A stretch of 64,000 bases of DNA from Hyphochytrium catenoides (taxonomy: Eukaryota > Protista > Hyphochytriomycota). The DNA lies in assembly GCA_900088475.1 (NCBI GenBank), contig FLMG01001584.1, forward strand, positions 1 through 64,000, in the 5' to 3' direction. The notes beneath the pieces are model-generated. The model made no database searches and had not been told where the DNA came from. It saw only the letters and a program-made list of their open reading frames with translations. Both the position numbers and the translations under genes were made by a program. The first letter of the stretch is position 1. Each line of letters begins with the position of its first letter. Below, piece after piece: positions 36,301-50,300 of the stretch.

Positions 36301-37317
36301 GTTAGCCCTGCTCATCAGTTTCTCTCTTTACTATCCTTCCTTCCGGCCGCCCGCACTAACAGCCTGCTTTTTCCCTATCCTGCAATTTGCATCTCTCACT
36401 CATACGTCTCGAAGTTCGATATCAAGAGCGGCCAGATTGTGCAAGAGTATAACCACCACTTGAACACAGTGAATACTGTGACCTTTATTGACGATGACAG
36501 GCGGTTTATCAGCACTTCTGACGATAAGAAGATGCTAATCTGGGAGTGGAATATTCCAGTCCCAATCAAGTACATTGCGGAACCTGATATGCACTCAATG
36601 CCAGCTGTCACATTGCATCCCTCCGGAAGCCATGTAGCTTGTCAGAGTCTAAATAATCAGGTAAGTGGAAGTCACCCTAGAGCTTTTGACTGCGTTGATG
36701 GAATAACATAGAGTCGAGCGAATGGATGTTGCACATTCCAAAAGATGTTTATTTCTAAGTTACTGGCACCTCATCAACACTTTCTTTACGCCATCCTCAT
36801 TCTATACATGTCTTCAGATTGTGGTCTATGGAGCTAGAGACAAGTTTAAGTTAAACAGGAAGAAAGTCTTCAAGGGCCATAGCAATGCTGGATTCGCCTG
36901 CCAGATTGACTTTTCTCCTAATGGACAGTACGTTTTACCCTTGTTACTATCATATACCTCCTGTCTTTCTTTGTCCTGCTGGCATCACACATTTTGTCCG
37001 CTGCGCACTTACTTCTTGGAGTACGAGTCGAATGGATCTCGTTTGGCTGACTGATGCAAGACTCACTTGATGCTAACTAGCCTTTTTCTTTGTGTTGTTT
37101 CCTCTGTCTTCCCATTCTGTCGTCAATTTTGTTCAGGTTCATCATGTCAGGCGATGGTGATGGACGCCTCTTTTTCTGGGATTGGAAGACATGCAAGAAC
37201 TTTCAGCGCCTCCGCGCTCATGACCAGGGCCCTTGCATTGGAGCTACTTGGCACCCAATAGAGCCCAGTCGGGTGGCAACTTGTGGATGGGACGGCTTGA
37301 TCAAGTATTGGGACTAA
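33392..37317 (+). CDS. CDC40: Pre-mRNA-processing factor 17 (WD40 second-step splicing factor); multi-exon
   Basis: [132 protein letters not shown]. Confidence 0.96.
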
Positions 37318-37736
37318 GGGAAACATGCTGGAAGTCGGCAGTAAAGGTCATGATTGGCATGGGTTTTATTTATTGCTCTCAGTCTGCTTCATGTATCAAT
37401 AAACGTCGAGCATACTGTGGAATTGGCAACCAGTCAGTTACCGTCGTTGTGGCCGTAACAAGGCTGTCCTTCTTTTATCAGGGATATAGACCTCCTGCTG
37501 CTTGCGACTACGAATTCCATATCATTCCGTATTCGTCCTCGACCTTGCAGCCTGTGACGCAAGTATTTCTCTTCCCGGTACCGGAAGACCCAGGAGGGCT
37601 TCACTCGAGCGCTTCATTTGAAGCCGACAACATATACAACATATACTGCTTGCGGAGATGGTCAATGTTGCCCTTGAAGTGATGCAACGAACGCTTTCTT
37701 TCCCCTTAGTGTCGAGTTCCCAAACACTCCAAAGCT

Positions 37737-40700
37737 CTATCCGTGGTGTAGGTTGTTGTCGCCTATACGCGGATTCTGAAGAGACTTCAGAGATACAACG
37801 AATATCCTGTCCCTGATAGACCTAAAAACAGAAAGGAGAGGAAGAAGAAGAGAGACCACGGCTTGACGTAATTCAAAGTGGGACAGACAACGTTCAAGTT
37901 CCTGAGTGGAAGAGAAGGAGAGCCTCTCTCTGGTTTCACTTTGACAGAAGGAGAGAGAAGAAGATTGACGAAGTTTGACGTCTACAATCTGGAGCCGGAG
38001 AACTTCTTTCTCATCGTCGCACTCTGCAGCTATTTCAGAAGCCCGTCGGTCGGTGTCGTATCCTAGCCTAGACTTGTCCTCCGTATTTGTGAGCGCCTGT
38101 TGTTTCTCTGGGTGGAACTCGATATGGACAAGAACGTAGACACCATCCACCTTTATCGCTTTCCTATATATCCCCCTTTCGGAGAGTCTCCGCCTCTCTT
38201 CTGCATATTTGTTATAGGTGCCTTCCGACTCCTTCAGCCTTAACGCCTCGTGGCCCTTTAGGACTGCGGATAGGGTGGTTGACGCTAGGATATCCCGTAC
38301 TCGCTCCTGTGCTATCTTATGCGCAATATATTCCCGAAGGTGTTGGAGAAACTCGGCCCGTGCCCGGTTGCGTCGATGGAAGCATTGAAGGGCAACCGCC
38401 GCTCTAGACTCTCTACGAAGCCGTACAAGAAGGTGAAGAGAAGGTGAGCGATAAGTGGATAGGGAGGATATGCCCGTTAGAGCTGCACAAGCTGTATGAC
38501 AGGTAGCCAGCTTCATTTTACGGAGTACATATCAACAGCGAGCGCATAGTAGCGTATGTATATGACGAAACTGAGGGAGATTGGTACTGGAAAGAGTTAA
38601 GAGGGCCTTGCAAGGAGCGTTCCGACTCATTCCTCACCTTCTCCTTGGAAGCTCTTGGGTGAGGAGCGTTTCCAAAGCTCCTTTTGCGCCAGATTTCAAC
38701 ATTTTCGGGACGAGGGTTGCAGCCGTAGACGCTGCGGACAAACCCAGCCTAGGATGTGCATTTGATGGAGGGCTGTTAGTAGGGAAAGAAGAGCTTTACA
38801 GGAGCACCCTAATGGAAATGGCCCTGGACGTGGTAACTCTAATCGTGTTCACAAAGAACTACTCACTGCCGCATTTTCTCTTCCCTAATCTCAATGGGGT
38901 CGTCTAGCTGCCCCCTAGGAGATCGAAAGGGAAAGACCAGCTCAAAGCCCTCGGTGGTGTTGGCTAGCGATAATGTGGCGCAGAGCTGATGTAGAAAGCC
39001 AGAGCGGGGACACAAACAGGTCTTCTGCGCAAATACTGCGCTTAGTGCCAGCTTTTTGTGGTGCATAGCGTGGTAGAAGTGTGTAAAGAGCGTGGATACG
39101 GAATAGAGGTAAACGTAGCGGATAGGTGGAAGTAGGAGGGGAGAAATAGGCGGTCCGTACAAGAGAGGGGTAAATCGTTGCCAAGGATAGAAGCCAAAGA
39201 TAGAAGTAAAAGGAAGACGTTTAACACATGCTTCACCTTCTTGGCCACGGAAGCCTGCCGTCTCTCTCCTGATCTGGGAAGAAAGGGGATAGATGCCGCT
39301 TCGCTTGTGGATATATCTACTTGGAGAGGAAACATCGATCGACCAAAGACAGGGGCCCAAACTCCAGGTCGAGTTGCAGTGATAGAATAACCTTCTCCGT
39401 CGTCCCTTACTGAAACCGTGATTAAAAACAGGAAGGATGTGTGTCGGCAGCGACAGAGACCTCCAGGACAGGGGTGCCAGCGGGAAGAGTAGCGAAGCCG
39501 ATAGCACTGCCTATACAACAACCTCTGGAGTACTAAGAGTTTGTCCTGCAGGCAGCGAGCAGAGAGAAGACGAGTAGCCAAGATGTTCAACGAAGACGAT
39601 ACTTGTAAGACACGTGATTACAAGAGACATTAGGAGGCATAGCTATTGTCTGAGTGTAATGATTGCTTGTTGCGGTATGAGGGGAACTTAGACATATGCA
39701 GGAGATTACATCTGGAGGAACAGGAGAAGAAGAGGGCAGAGTATAAAAGAGAACAGAGGGGGGAAAGCTGCTCTAACCTTACGCTGAATTCTGTGGAAGA
39801 GTGGCTGGAAAGTCCTAAGCCAGTATTCCTTGGTTATGGGTTCCTCCTGTCGCAGATCTAGAGGATTCGGTAGAGGCAGTTGGCGCTGAAGCAGCAGTCC
39901 GCCTTCATGCCAGCCAAAATGAAATGTGTAGCGAGGCCCATACACACTATCGTCCAAGCGGAGCTCTATTGTCTTCACCTCATTGTCTTCTCGTTCTGTG
40001 CCTCCTTTCACAGGGCTAACTGGGGTCCCAACTTCAAGGATCACTTTGGTAAGAAGAATAGCGTCTGCTATGTCCAAGCCAGCACGGAGAACTTCTACTT
40101 TTTGAGGAGAAGGACTTGAAGAAGAGGGTAGGGAAGATGCGGATACGGAGCGCGCGTTCGAAACAGTTTGCCTAATATCCAGAGCGCTTTTCCGCAGGGG
40201 ATAACCTTTCACTATCGCCGCCATGAGGGGGTCATCGGACAGTGGTTGAGCTATCTTCTCTTCTCTGAGGGGGAATGACGCGACGTCAGCAATAGCTTCT
40301 ACCGTTTCACCAAGCTCTTTTTCTTGAGGCGTCGACTTGTCCTGTTCCTCCTTCAACCCATTCTTCCGTGCCACCGCCTCCCCCATAGGTGTGACTGAGG
40401 GGATAGGGGTTCCTTCCTCTTTTCCTTTCTCCTCCGCCATTGGCATACGTTGGAGCAGCTTGCCACCTCTGTCCTCGTGCTTATATCCTGCTCGTTCTTT
40501 AAATATAAATCTCTTCCCTTGTATTTTGCAATGTACAACATGGTTGTTGTCACAACTCTCAAGGGCTGCTTCTTGATCTACTTCATACTTAGATTTGCTG
40601 GATTGGAGCTCAAGTGAGGTCTGCGGACAACGCAAAAGATATGACCGTCATTGAGGGGACTACTTCAATTATCGTTCAAGAAAGCAGCCTCTTCATAACC

Positions 40701-41390
40701 CTTGTTGCACAAGATAATGCAAAGGTCAGAGATGTGATGGCCTTGTGAACGTACCATCAATCGATCCAGATGCTCCAGCTTAGCCCATCGCTTGACTAGT
40801 TCGCCTCTGGACAGCAACGCACACTTTCCCAGCTGTTGGAATTCGTCGTGAAGGCGCTGAATCCTTCTACCAAGAGAAGCCAACCTATTGTCCCTATGGC
40901 CCAAAATCTATATGTAAAAAGTGTCTTAGTACAGCGTCACTCATCCTCTGTGCTTCCATGGGCACAAGCCATAGAGCAAGATGGGAAATTTCTGCATAAA
41001 GGAGAAACCTACCTGGCCCTTCTCTGCTATCGACTCTTGCCACGCCGCCTATTAACCAACAAAACATCAGTTCCACTCCAGAGACAGCGGAAATTTGAGC
41101 GAGGAGCCCACCTTCGCCTGCTCGAAGGCATACGCCTGGTCGGCATCCCATTCTCGTACCCTAACCTCTTCTCGTAGCTCCTGGCCGCTCTTGCCTTTGC
41201 CCTCTAGAAACGTTTCACCAACCACTTTCTTACTCTCTCCCTTCTCCTCCTTGCCTTGTCCACTGCTGCCATCTTGAGCTTCTCCGCAGGACGGGCAAAA
41301 TTTTGCTGCTTTTCTGAGAAGAATATACCCGCAGTAGTTGCATGAGGTTCGCTCACTCTCCGCGGCCCCAAGTAGCGTGAGTTTTAACAT
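37737..41390 (-). CDS. Uncharacterised protein with N-terminal zinc ribbon and a C-terminal IQ-like motif; multi-exon
   Basis: CNYCGYILLRKAAKFCPSCGE; long ORFs 39706-40635, 39042-39590 and 37737-38516 bounded by GT/AG sites; AAVALQCFHRRNRAR IQ-like. Some internal junctions are unresolved. Confidence 0.55.
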
Positions 41391-42363
41391 GCTAATGGTG
41401 GAGCAGCACCTGCTGGTGCTGAGCAGAGTCCCTCAATGGCGCATCCCTAGAATGGCTCTACAAACATTCTTAGGGGGCCAACTAGCCCTTTGCCTGCTAA
41501 ATGGAGTACAGGTCTTCTACCATTTATCCCCGTAGCAGAGGACAAGGATGCTGAGGTATGATCGACCTGGAAAATGAGCCCCCCGACATCAACCACTTAA
41601 CCCTCAGTGACCAGCACCCTGCCGTCGATCTCACGGTGAGCACCACGCTCCGTATAGTCGAACAAAGCAGTACCCTTCTATCAAACCCAAGTGATGAGTT
41701 TCCTGCTCTATCTCACGGCTGATGATGCCCGGCCATCGGCAATCTCACTGTGAGTACGATGCTATCAACGTATCAACCTCATCCAAAGGCCTTTATTAGG
41801 AGGAAATGCATGGATTTGATCAATCGCAGTGAGAACTTCAACGACATTCCTGACCTACCGGAAAATTTCGTTTCAGACTCAGCCGCTAACGGCAGTGATC
41901 TTTTACAGTAACTAAGGCCACTGATTACATTGTGATTCTCTGGGTGCATTTGAGGGGGTGCTGGTTGTGTTTGCTGTAGCTAGAGGTGTAGAGCTTTGGC
42001 TACTACCCCTGGGAAAGCGTTCCCAACTCAAGTATAATCAAGTATAAATAGAGAAGGGGTACCTTCACAAGGCAGTGCCCCCCTGATCTTAAGCCTGGGG
42101 CCACTCCCTTTGTAAAGATCCATCCCGCGATCATCGCCGAAGCCGACAGGAGACAGCAGTGAGATCAAAGAGCACAGACTCTGCCTGGAAAGGCAGCGAA
42201 GATAGAGATCATTATAGAGATTCAATCGTAAGACAGAGCTTCCACGAGCCACATTTTGCCTTCTAGACGACAGTACATCAAGGTGGTTGAGCGTGCTCTT
42301 AGCTAGTTCGACGTCACGTATTATAGAGCTAGGTAAAGGCTGGTAGGCTGACTCCTGAGAAGC

Positions 42364-44008
42364 ATGGCATCCAGGTAATCTAATCCAGAATGTCCCTGTC
42401 ACTTCCAAAATTCTCGACTGACCGTTTTGATGGTGCTAGGTACGATCGGGCGATTACTATCTTCTCTCCTGATGGACACCTATTCCAGGTTGAATACGCT
42501 ACAGAGGCTGTGAAGAAAGTGAGTCCCAGCCCCCACAGCCCAAGCCAATGGCTCCTGCTACTTTTTACTGATAACCGTAAACACAGGGTAACTGCCTCGT
42601 CGGTGTTAGAGGCAAGGATGCTGTCATATTGGGTGTGGAGAGGAAAGCCACTGCAAAGCTCCAGGTAAGACTTCATCTCTTCCTTCCTGAAAAGGCAAGA
42701 CCTTCATCTTTTCAGAAGAGGAATAAGAGAGGAAGGAGGCGTTAGATCCTTGTGCCTGATATCCATTTGGCTAAAAGCTTTTTGGCTTAGGACCCTCGGA
42801 CTATTCGGAAGCTTGTGAAGCTAGACGACCACATCACATTGGCTTTTGCAGGCCTTAATGCCGATGCCAGGGTACTAATCAACAAGGTGCATCTTGGCTG
42901 AAAGCGATCCGTTTGTCTACCTCTGGCTTCAGTCACACGGAAAAATGAAGTCTATCCTATACCTTTTGAGCTTTCGTTGGCGCCAATCTTAGTCCTACTT
43001 GACTCGTTCCTGNNNNNNNNNNNNNNNNNNNNNNNNNNNNNNNNNNNNNNNNNNNNNNNNNNNNNNNNNCGTGTGCCTTATTGACGGCGGCCTTATTTGG
43101 TGGCACCTTCAATCAATAGGCTCGCGTCGAGAGTCAGTCTTACCGGTTGACGGTGGAAGATGCTCCTTCAGTTGAATATATGGCAAGGTATATTGCCGGC
43201 ACTCAACAGCGGTACACCCAGCAAGGTGGCGTGCGGCCATTTGGCATCACCACCTTCCTAGCTGGGTTCGATAATCAGAAACGACCACAACTGTACCAGA
43301 CCGAACCATCAGGAACTTACACCTCATGGAAGGTAAGCTGAATATTATGGGTGATGATGGTCCTGTGTAGAGGGTCCGTCACTATAAAGGAGTAGTTCAG
43401 GCGGATTAGTGTACATGTCTCAAGCACTAGTTTCTATACTGCGAAGTGGTTCGCTGTCAGTCTTCTAAAGAGCGAGAAATGATGTTTTAAAGCGCTTTGG
43501 TTAGGCTTCTGCTGCTGGCCGAAGTGAGAAGAACATCAGAGAGTTTCTCGAGAAGAACTACGTTGCCGATCTTGACGAGCAAGGTGCAATCAAACTAGCG
43601 ATCCGTGCTCTACTAGAGGTAAGACATCTTAAACCGCGGCCCTACTGCGGACCCCTTGAGGCTAAATCAAGGGGTCGAAGAAACATACAAAGAGGCAGGA
43701 ATCAAATGATGTGGCAAGGATGGGATAGATAGAACAATAAGCCGGGACTGCCCTGCTCATCTGCTAACAAGTTATACCAGGTTGTGGAAGCAGGAGGCAA
43801 GAATATAGAGATTGCCATTATCCGTGCTGATGAGCATGTGGTAAGTAGAAGTCACATGCCACCTTCTTACTTACGGGTCCTAATTCCCACCCACCTCTTT
43901 TTCCTGGCCTTGTAGATTATGGAGGAGGAAAGAGTAGGGGAGATGTGCGCCACTATTGAGAAGGAGATGGAAGAAGCTAAGGCAAAAAAGGGTTCCGAGG
44001 ACAAGTAA
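42364..44008 (+). CDS. PSMA7: 20S proteasome subunit alpha type-7 (alpha4); multi-exon
   Basis: MASR|[26 protein letters not shown]|[15 protein letters not shown]|[22 protein letters not shown]|[40 protein letters not shown]; stop TAA 44006-44008. Confidence 0.97.
43013..43069. other. Assembly gap (N run) within a PSMA7 intron
   Basis: run of n. Confidence 1.
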
Positions 44009-44369
44009 TCAGAGCCAGAATCGTTTCTTAATCATCCAGGCTAACAGCTCCATTCGTTGTTCGTACCACCTTTCATTCTTCGCGTTGGGTGATTAAGACA
44101 ATAAATATGTAGGTTACTCTTTATATTTGAGGAGTCTTTCTAGGGTACGTGGCGGACACAGGCTCTCATGTCAAACTGACAACACAGTCCTTTATCCGTT
44201 CACACGTACCACCCACAGTCGACAACGTATAACTTCCTAGCTACGAGTCTGAGAGGATTCCTTCAATTTCTAGCTGACCAGACCTCTTCTGACCAGGACG
44301 TGCGCGGAGGAGCACGACAAAGCCTCATGGACCTCATCCATGCTAAGATCTTCCTGCCGCCAGCCACTG

Positions 44370-47300
44370 TTACTCTGTTGAAGAGGTTAAGGATAGAGGG
44401 CACACAGCCGCTCTTTCCTTAGCGGCTTCCTCTGTTCTGTCTGCAGCCTCACAATTATCGATGCTCTCGCAGTCATTTACAGAGAGTGAGATTGTTCCAT
44501 GTGATAAGCTCTTTTGATCGAGGTATGAGAGGGAAAAGGAGAAGGAGTCCGAGCCTAAGAAGCCAGGAGGTGGGAGATATCGGACTATTCTTCCCCTTTT
44601 GCCCATCAGGAGATGTTGTCTTGGCTTTTCGCCTTCGATCCCCGTCATAAAGTTGGGCTCCAGCTTCACACAACGATTCATAATGGACAAGATTAGGGGT
44701 AAGTTCTGGTTAGAAAAACGTCAAATCAGAGTGACGTGAAGTATTGTCCATTGTAAAGCATCGCAACGACAGAAACGATGAAAACCGTGTGTAAAAGCGT
44801 GACACCGACGGATTCGTTGGCTACAGAACCTTACCGTGCTCGGCACCAGGTCCGCCGTATACCGCCCTAGAAATCTATCGAAGCCTAGCATCGGAGATAG
44901 CTGACGACGACGGATGGCAGAGAAGCAGGTGATGGAGATCGGAATTAGAGGGCAGATGAAAGACTATATGTTGAGGGATTGCGGTGGTCTAGAAGGAAAA
45001 TCGGTAGGACACAGACAAGCAAGAGACTAGATACTTGTCTCAGAACATTGCCCTTTATGAAACGTAACCCTCTATTGGAGGAAATGAGAGGCTTGTAAGG
45101 ATCTAAGAGCGACAGTCGCGTAGCGCAGTCGCCCTTAAAAGGAAGACAAGAGTTCCAAAAACGCAACAAATTTATGCGCCAAACTCCTTTTATCATGCGG
45201 GAGAGCGAGGATGGGCTAGCCATTACCTTCGTTCCCGCGATCACTGGGTGATCAGCACTGCACAAGTCCGTCCCTCTAGCGTCGTTAGCTTCTCCTACAT
45301 TCAGGTACAGAGCGCCATGTAGAGGTAATGAGTTGATCTCGGCTCTAATATCCATATAGTGTTCATGCTTGTTGCCTACAGCCCAGATGAAGGTTTGCCA
45401 AAACGATATTAGAGACAAGCAAACAAAATGAGACCCCTCTCATCCGGCAAAATGGAGTCCCATAAAATAGTCGAAATGGATGGGATTTAGCTATATGGTA
45501 CTTAGAGACCTGCCGGATCCGTGATAATGAGGACATATTCGGCCAGGGCTCCTTTGTGAGCAACACTATTCCGGCTCGACCGGTCCAATGCAGAAGGCGA
45601 TTGTGGGGAGAGTGACATTGGATCGCCCTTTTTTCCCCGATCCGCTATCCTCAAGGTCCATTGGCCTGAGCCTTTCAAGCCTCCAAAGGCCTCCGCTAAC
45701 ATTTCTCGAGAGTCGTATGGAAGGGCGCCTGGATTGGAACGGCTTGCAATGGGACTGCCGCCCTGTAAAAGGGCAGAAAGGCAGGCAAGGAACAGAGTTA
45801 TCTTTAAAGCTGCACTGCCATAGTTGGTAGTGGCATATAAAAACAAGAAAAAACGGACAATCCTCAGGCATGAATAGCACCAACCTCGTACACAGTCGCC
45901 GTGCGACATACCTCGTAATCAGCAAGGGGCCTATGTCGGAGCTCAAAGACCTCAACCTCCGCAAGTGAAAGTACCACTGGCCTTTCAGACCCCCCTCCCA
46001 TTTTCTGGAGTCGAATGTACCTACAAAACGTCTCCACTGGGAGGATCATCGTGTTTTCTCGTCCTGGCTCAGAGAGCCGCCAAAACCATACTGGCATAAG
46101 TACAGAGAAAGAGTTAAAGGTCGAGAAAGTTGACCTAGCGGAACTACTTGCTATTACTCGGTATATACGCATACCCGCTCTGTCTCTTGAAGCTTCTATC
46201 CCAGTTAGGTTTTGGCCGTCAGCAGTTTCATTGAAGGCCATGACCCAAATGGTTGACGAATCATTATCCCTTGCCTCATATGGAGCGGTAGTGCTCAAAC
46301 TGACATCAATTTGAACCTATTCAGGGTAACATAAAGTTTGGACCCGATGATAAGCTCAAGACTGATAAAGTAATAGTGCTTTGACATAGGCAAGGAGCAT
46401 TTTCCGATAAGACTAGCTAGAGCTTGGAACGGTGCAAGTTACCTCGGATGCCAGAGGTTGTAGATCATTGGAGTGTAGAGCAATAATGGGTGGGCTGTCG
46501 GGCCCAATAAATGATACAGTCCATTCATAAGCTGCACGAAAGAAGAACATGGAAGCCAGTTAACCCAGGTCTATTAGATGATGATCAGAATATATATCCT
46601 ATGATTGGTAAATAACGGGAAATGACCTCTCAAAGGGCGGAAGATATGCGCCAAAATCAACAAGGGCAATGCAATGCTTGGGAAGTGACAATATGACAAC
46701 CACTTAGACAAACCAGCTGTAGGAAGTAACGATATCTATTGCATACCTCCCGTGATCATATCAGGCCCTCTGCGAATCACATTTACAGCACGAACCATAT
46801 CCAGTGCTAGGAGCTTGGACTGCATAGACTCCCCTCTTCCTAAGCCTGAATCCACCCTCCAGGGGTCTTCGTCTTTCGGACGAGGAAGAACAGAAAGTGG
46901 AAAGGCGCAATATTTATAGAGTGAGTGAGGAAACCTAACGGACATCTTTATATCAACGAGCATAAGGGAGATATGCCAGAGGGATTCTGGCGTGACTCGC
47001 TGCTTGAGTGCCGGCAAATAGCGTTCAGCATGAACGTGGATGAAGAAATGCACTGGCAACAGTTATGCTACTTTTGAAAAAAGGTCATCCAGATGCAAAG
47101 CGGAGATAGGAATCACAACTAGACTAAGTATGCTCTAGGGTTCCCTCACCTGCTGTTTGTGCTACAGCGTTGAAGCTGATTGGTCCTGTGACCTCAATTA
47201 CTCCTCCCTTCACGCATTGTAGGCTGAACGTCCCACTGACCGTAGAAGGCGAAGAGATACGGATCACAGAGCTTTCCCTTTGATAAGACTCTTCTTCTTC

Positions 47301-50300
47301 CAGCCAAACCTTGATTATTGCCCGCACAAGCATCAGGTAGGTGATCAGAGAAGCTTACTTCCTTACTCAGCACTGAATCTTGCAGTTGTTGATGGAAGCC
47401 CAGTGCAAGGGTAGAAAGGCAGTATACAAGGCATACAGTGTTACGATTCCTACATACCTTTATCGTCCCAACTCTTGTTGTCTCTCCAAGGTCAACTTCC
47501 CACCATGGGTCCACATCATTAAGTGCCGTCCGAGTCACCGAACCCTTTATGATATGGAATTTAGTCGTTAGGGACTATAATATTCTCTGAGAACGCAGGG
47601 GTCCCTCTTCTGTCTGTTGGCTGTCTAGGATCTTGATTCTCGCAAACATTTAGGGGTGAACTCGGGCTTACCTGAAGAAAAAAACCGCTTCGGTCTCCAT
47701 CAATTGCTCTATTTGCGTCGGCTCCAAAGCCAAGGGAGGACTGGTAAGCTCCTCCTCGCCTAGCTATATTAACTCCTGGAAAGTCTTTGAAAGAGTAATC
47801 CCAGCCTTGGCCAGCGATGACACCTGACACCAGGCGGGACGGGCCAAGACTGCATATTGGGGGCCACAGCACGATATGGAAAGGGAGGAGTTGTCACCAT
47901 CACCATGAAACTCTGACCAGAGAAATGGAGAAATACTACTACGGGATCTGCTGAGCCGGTGATAAGGAATGTTAAGGGACAGAGGGAGCATACAACCCCA
48001 TTCGATACGCAGAACAATGAACGGTCTAGTCCCTTAAGTGGAAGGAGTAACAAATTCGCAGAAGAATCCGCAGCACTACCTCGTTAGCCCATTGGGCTCC
48101 CCAAACATCCGCTGTCTTCCTTCCTGGTCATAAAGAACAGCCTCTCTCGCTTCATGGGAAAGAGCGAAAGAGAGGTTCCCAGCTTCCTCATGATAAAGTC
48201 CTCGAATCAGAACCTCCAGGTCAGCCACCATGTTCAGCCTACGGTTGAATGATGATGGTGATGAAGAGAACTGAAATGACGATATGACGCTTGACGACGA
48301 GGTTGTAGACGGTAGAGTCAGGATCGCGTCAACTCCTGGGAAGGAATGTTGCTGGTACTTTCTCTTTATGCTTCCTCCGTTTAAAGCCAAAGAGGTTGGC
48401 GAGAAGTAATTGATATCTGTCGCAAAAGAGGTCAGTTAGTACAAGCCGAGAGGGAGGAAGAACCATCAGAAGCGCTAGAGATTTTCCCAAGCGTGAAAGC
48501 CGTAGTGCTAGCTTTAACAGTTCTCACCGCCATAGGTTAAGATTTTCTCACCATCAACTTCGTCGGCGTGAGTAACGCTGTAGCGAAAGTAGACTCTTTG
48601 CCCGACTGTTCTCCAATAAGAGGCCTCAGTGGGCTGACCATCTCGGCGCGTCAAGAGGGTAAAAGTGGGAGACCCGGTAACAACAACCTCATGAGAGAAC
48701 TCGACAGCCAGCTCGACGAGCTCCCCAGAGACATAGGTCCCATCCTGCACTGTTGGATAGAAGGTCGAGACAAAGGGTGCAGAGCTATCCAGCTTTATCG
48801 CCCGATACGAGGAGAGACAGCCTTTGTCCCCTCGATAAAGCGGGGAGGACGGAGCTGGTAATGTGATATTCTACGAAGATATGACGGAACGAGCAGCGAG
48901 AGTTAGGAAGCAGATTAGAAGTATACTATGAGGACAAGCTAATCCTTAAACATGCAGACGAATTTTGATGGGAGCTGTAAATGGGGCGTAAGCACTACTC
49001 ACTGCCAGAGTATTTGGAAGAGTGGAGACTGCATATATTTTCCCATCGTTCAGGACTAGAGCGCTGCCTGCCATACATCTCGTTCCTGGCACCTCCCATG
49101 GCTTGCAAGACCTTACGTAGTCCAGTCGTGAGGTGGAGTCCTCTACATTCGTTAGAGCAAGAGTCAATATTTCAATGGTCGTCTATCTAAACCACTTATT
49201 CCCACCTCTTTGGACTGTTAGCTCAAATCGAAGAATATTAGTTCCAGACCCGCTGACATAAATGGCCGGACGCGGAGCGGGTTGGGTATTCATCCATAAC
49301 GCTGGCGGATCAGGCCCCGACATTTGCAGAAGTACTGGAGAGTCAAATGTTATCTGCAGAGGTATCATTTGGCCCCAACCATATATCCCGCTAGGGAGGG
49401 GGGACGATACAGAGGTAACTGACGGCGGCAATGTGCTAATTTTGATCCGTATCCGGGTCAAGCTGCCCATTGTATCCCCCGCGGGGAGGCGTAGGTCAAC
49501 TAAATAGCCCAAGGCTTTCGTCCGAATCTCCCAAGGCACCACTTCTGCTAGTCTTCCACCCTCTACGGCCGGTTCAGCTTCAGGGATACTATAAATCAAC
49601 GACCTTTGGTCCAGAACATCTAAAGGATTGGCCGCGTCGTTCTCTTGGACAATGTATTCGAACATCAGAGTTGCTGTGTTACTGCCGCCGACGTACGTTG
49701 CCTTCACTGGAGTCAAGTGCTGCGTCGGCCCAGACATTCCGGTGGAATCTCCAGCTAAGCAGCCAATGAGGTAAGGAGGGGCTTGAGTCGCATAGTACGC
49801 ATAGCTTCGTCTTTCGTCTGTGTTCCCTTCAAAGGTGCCGTCACTAGATCTTTCTTCTTCCCGTCCATTACAATCGTCCAGTTGCGCAGCTGTGCGGTTG
49901 TTGTAGACTTTGGGCTGATAATATATCGGAAATCCATCCATAGCATATCCAATAAGAAGCCTGTCCTGCCCTTGGGAAGAAGATGAGCCATACGAGAGCG
50001 TGGCCAAGAGGCATGAAGAAAGCCTAGTGTAGTGATACCTTACAATGGAGAATGGAGGAGTTACTTGTTACTGCAACGTTTACATAGCGGTTGTCTCAAC
50101 TATCTTTGCAATGTCAAAAACAGTAGGTAAAAACAACCAAACTTACATTCCGTTTGCATCCGGCGCCCCAGCGCAGCTATCCACGCTCAGGTATCCAGGG
50201 CCATTTGTGCTTGTAACATCATTATTGAACTCGTCCCGGTAGAACCTGATCGGCACTCCATCTAATCCAATACCTAGTGAAAAACGTTTAGGATTGCTCT

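Noticed and set aside
41691-41755. Possible box C/D snoRNA (GTGATGA..CTGA.TGATG)
   Set aside because: No terminal D box or closing stem, and no identifiable rRNA guide
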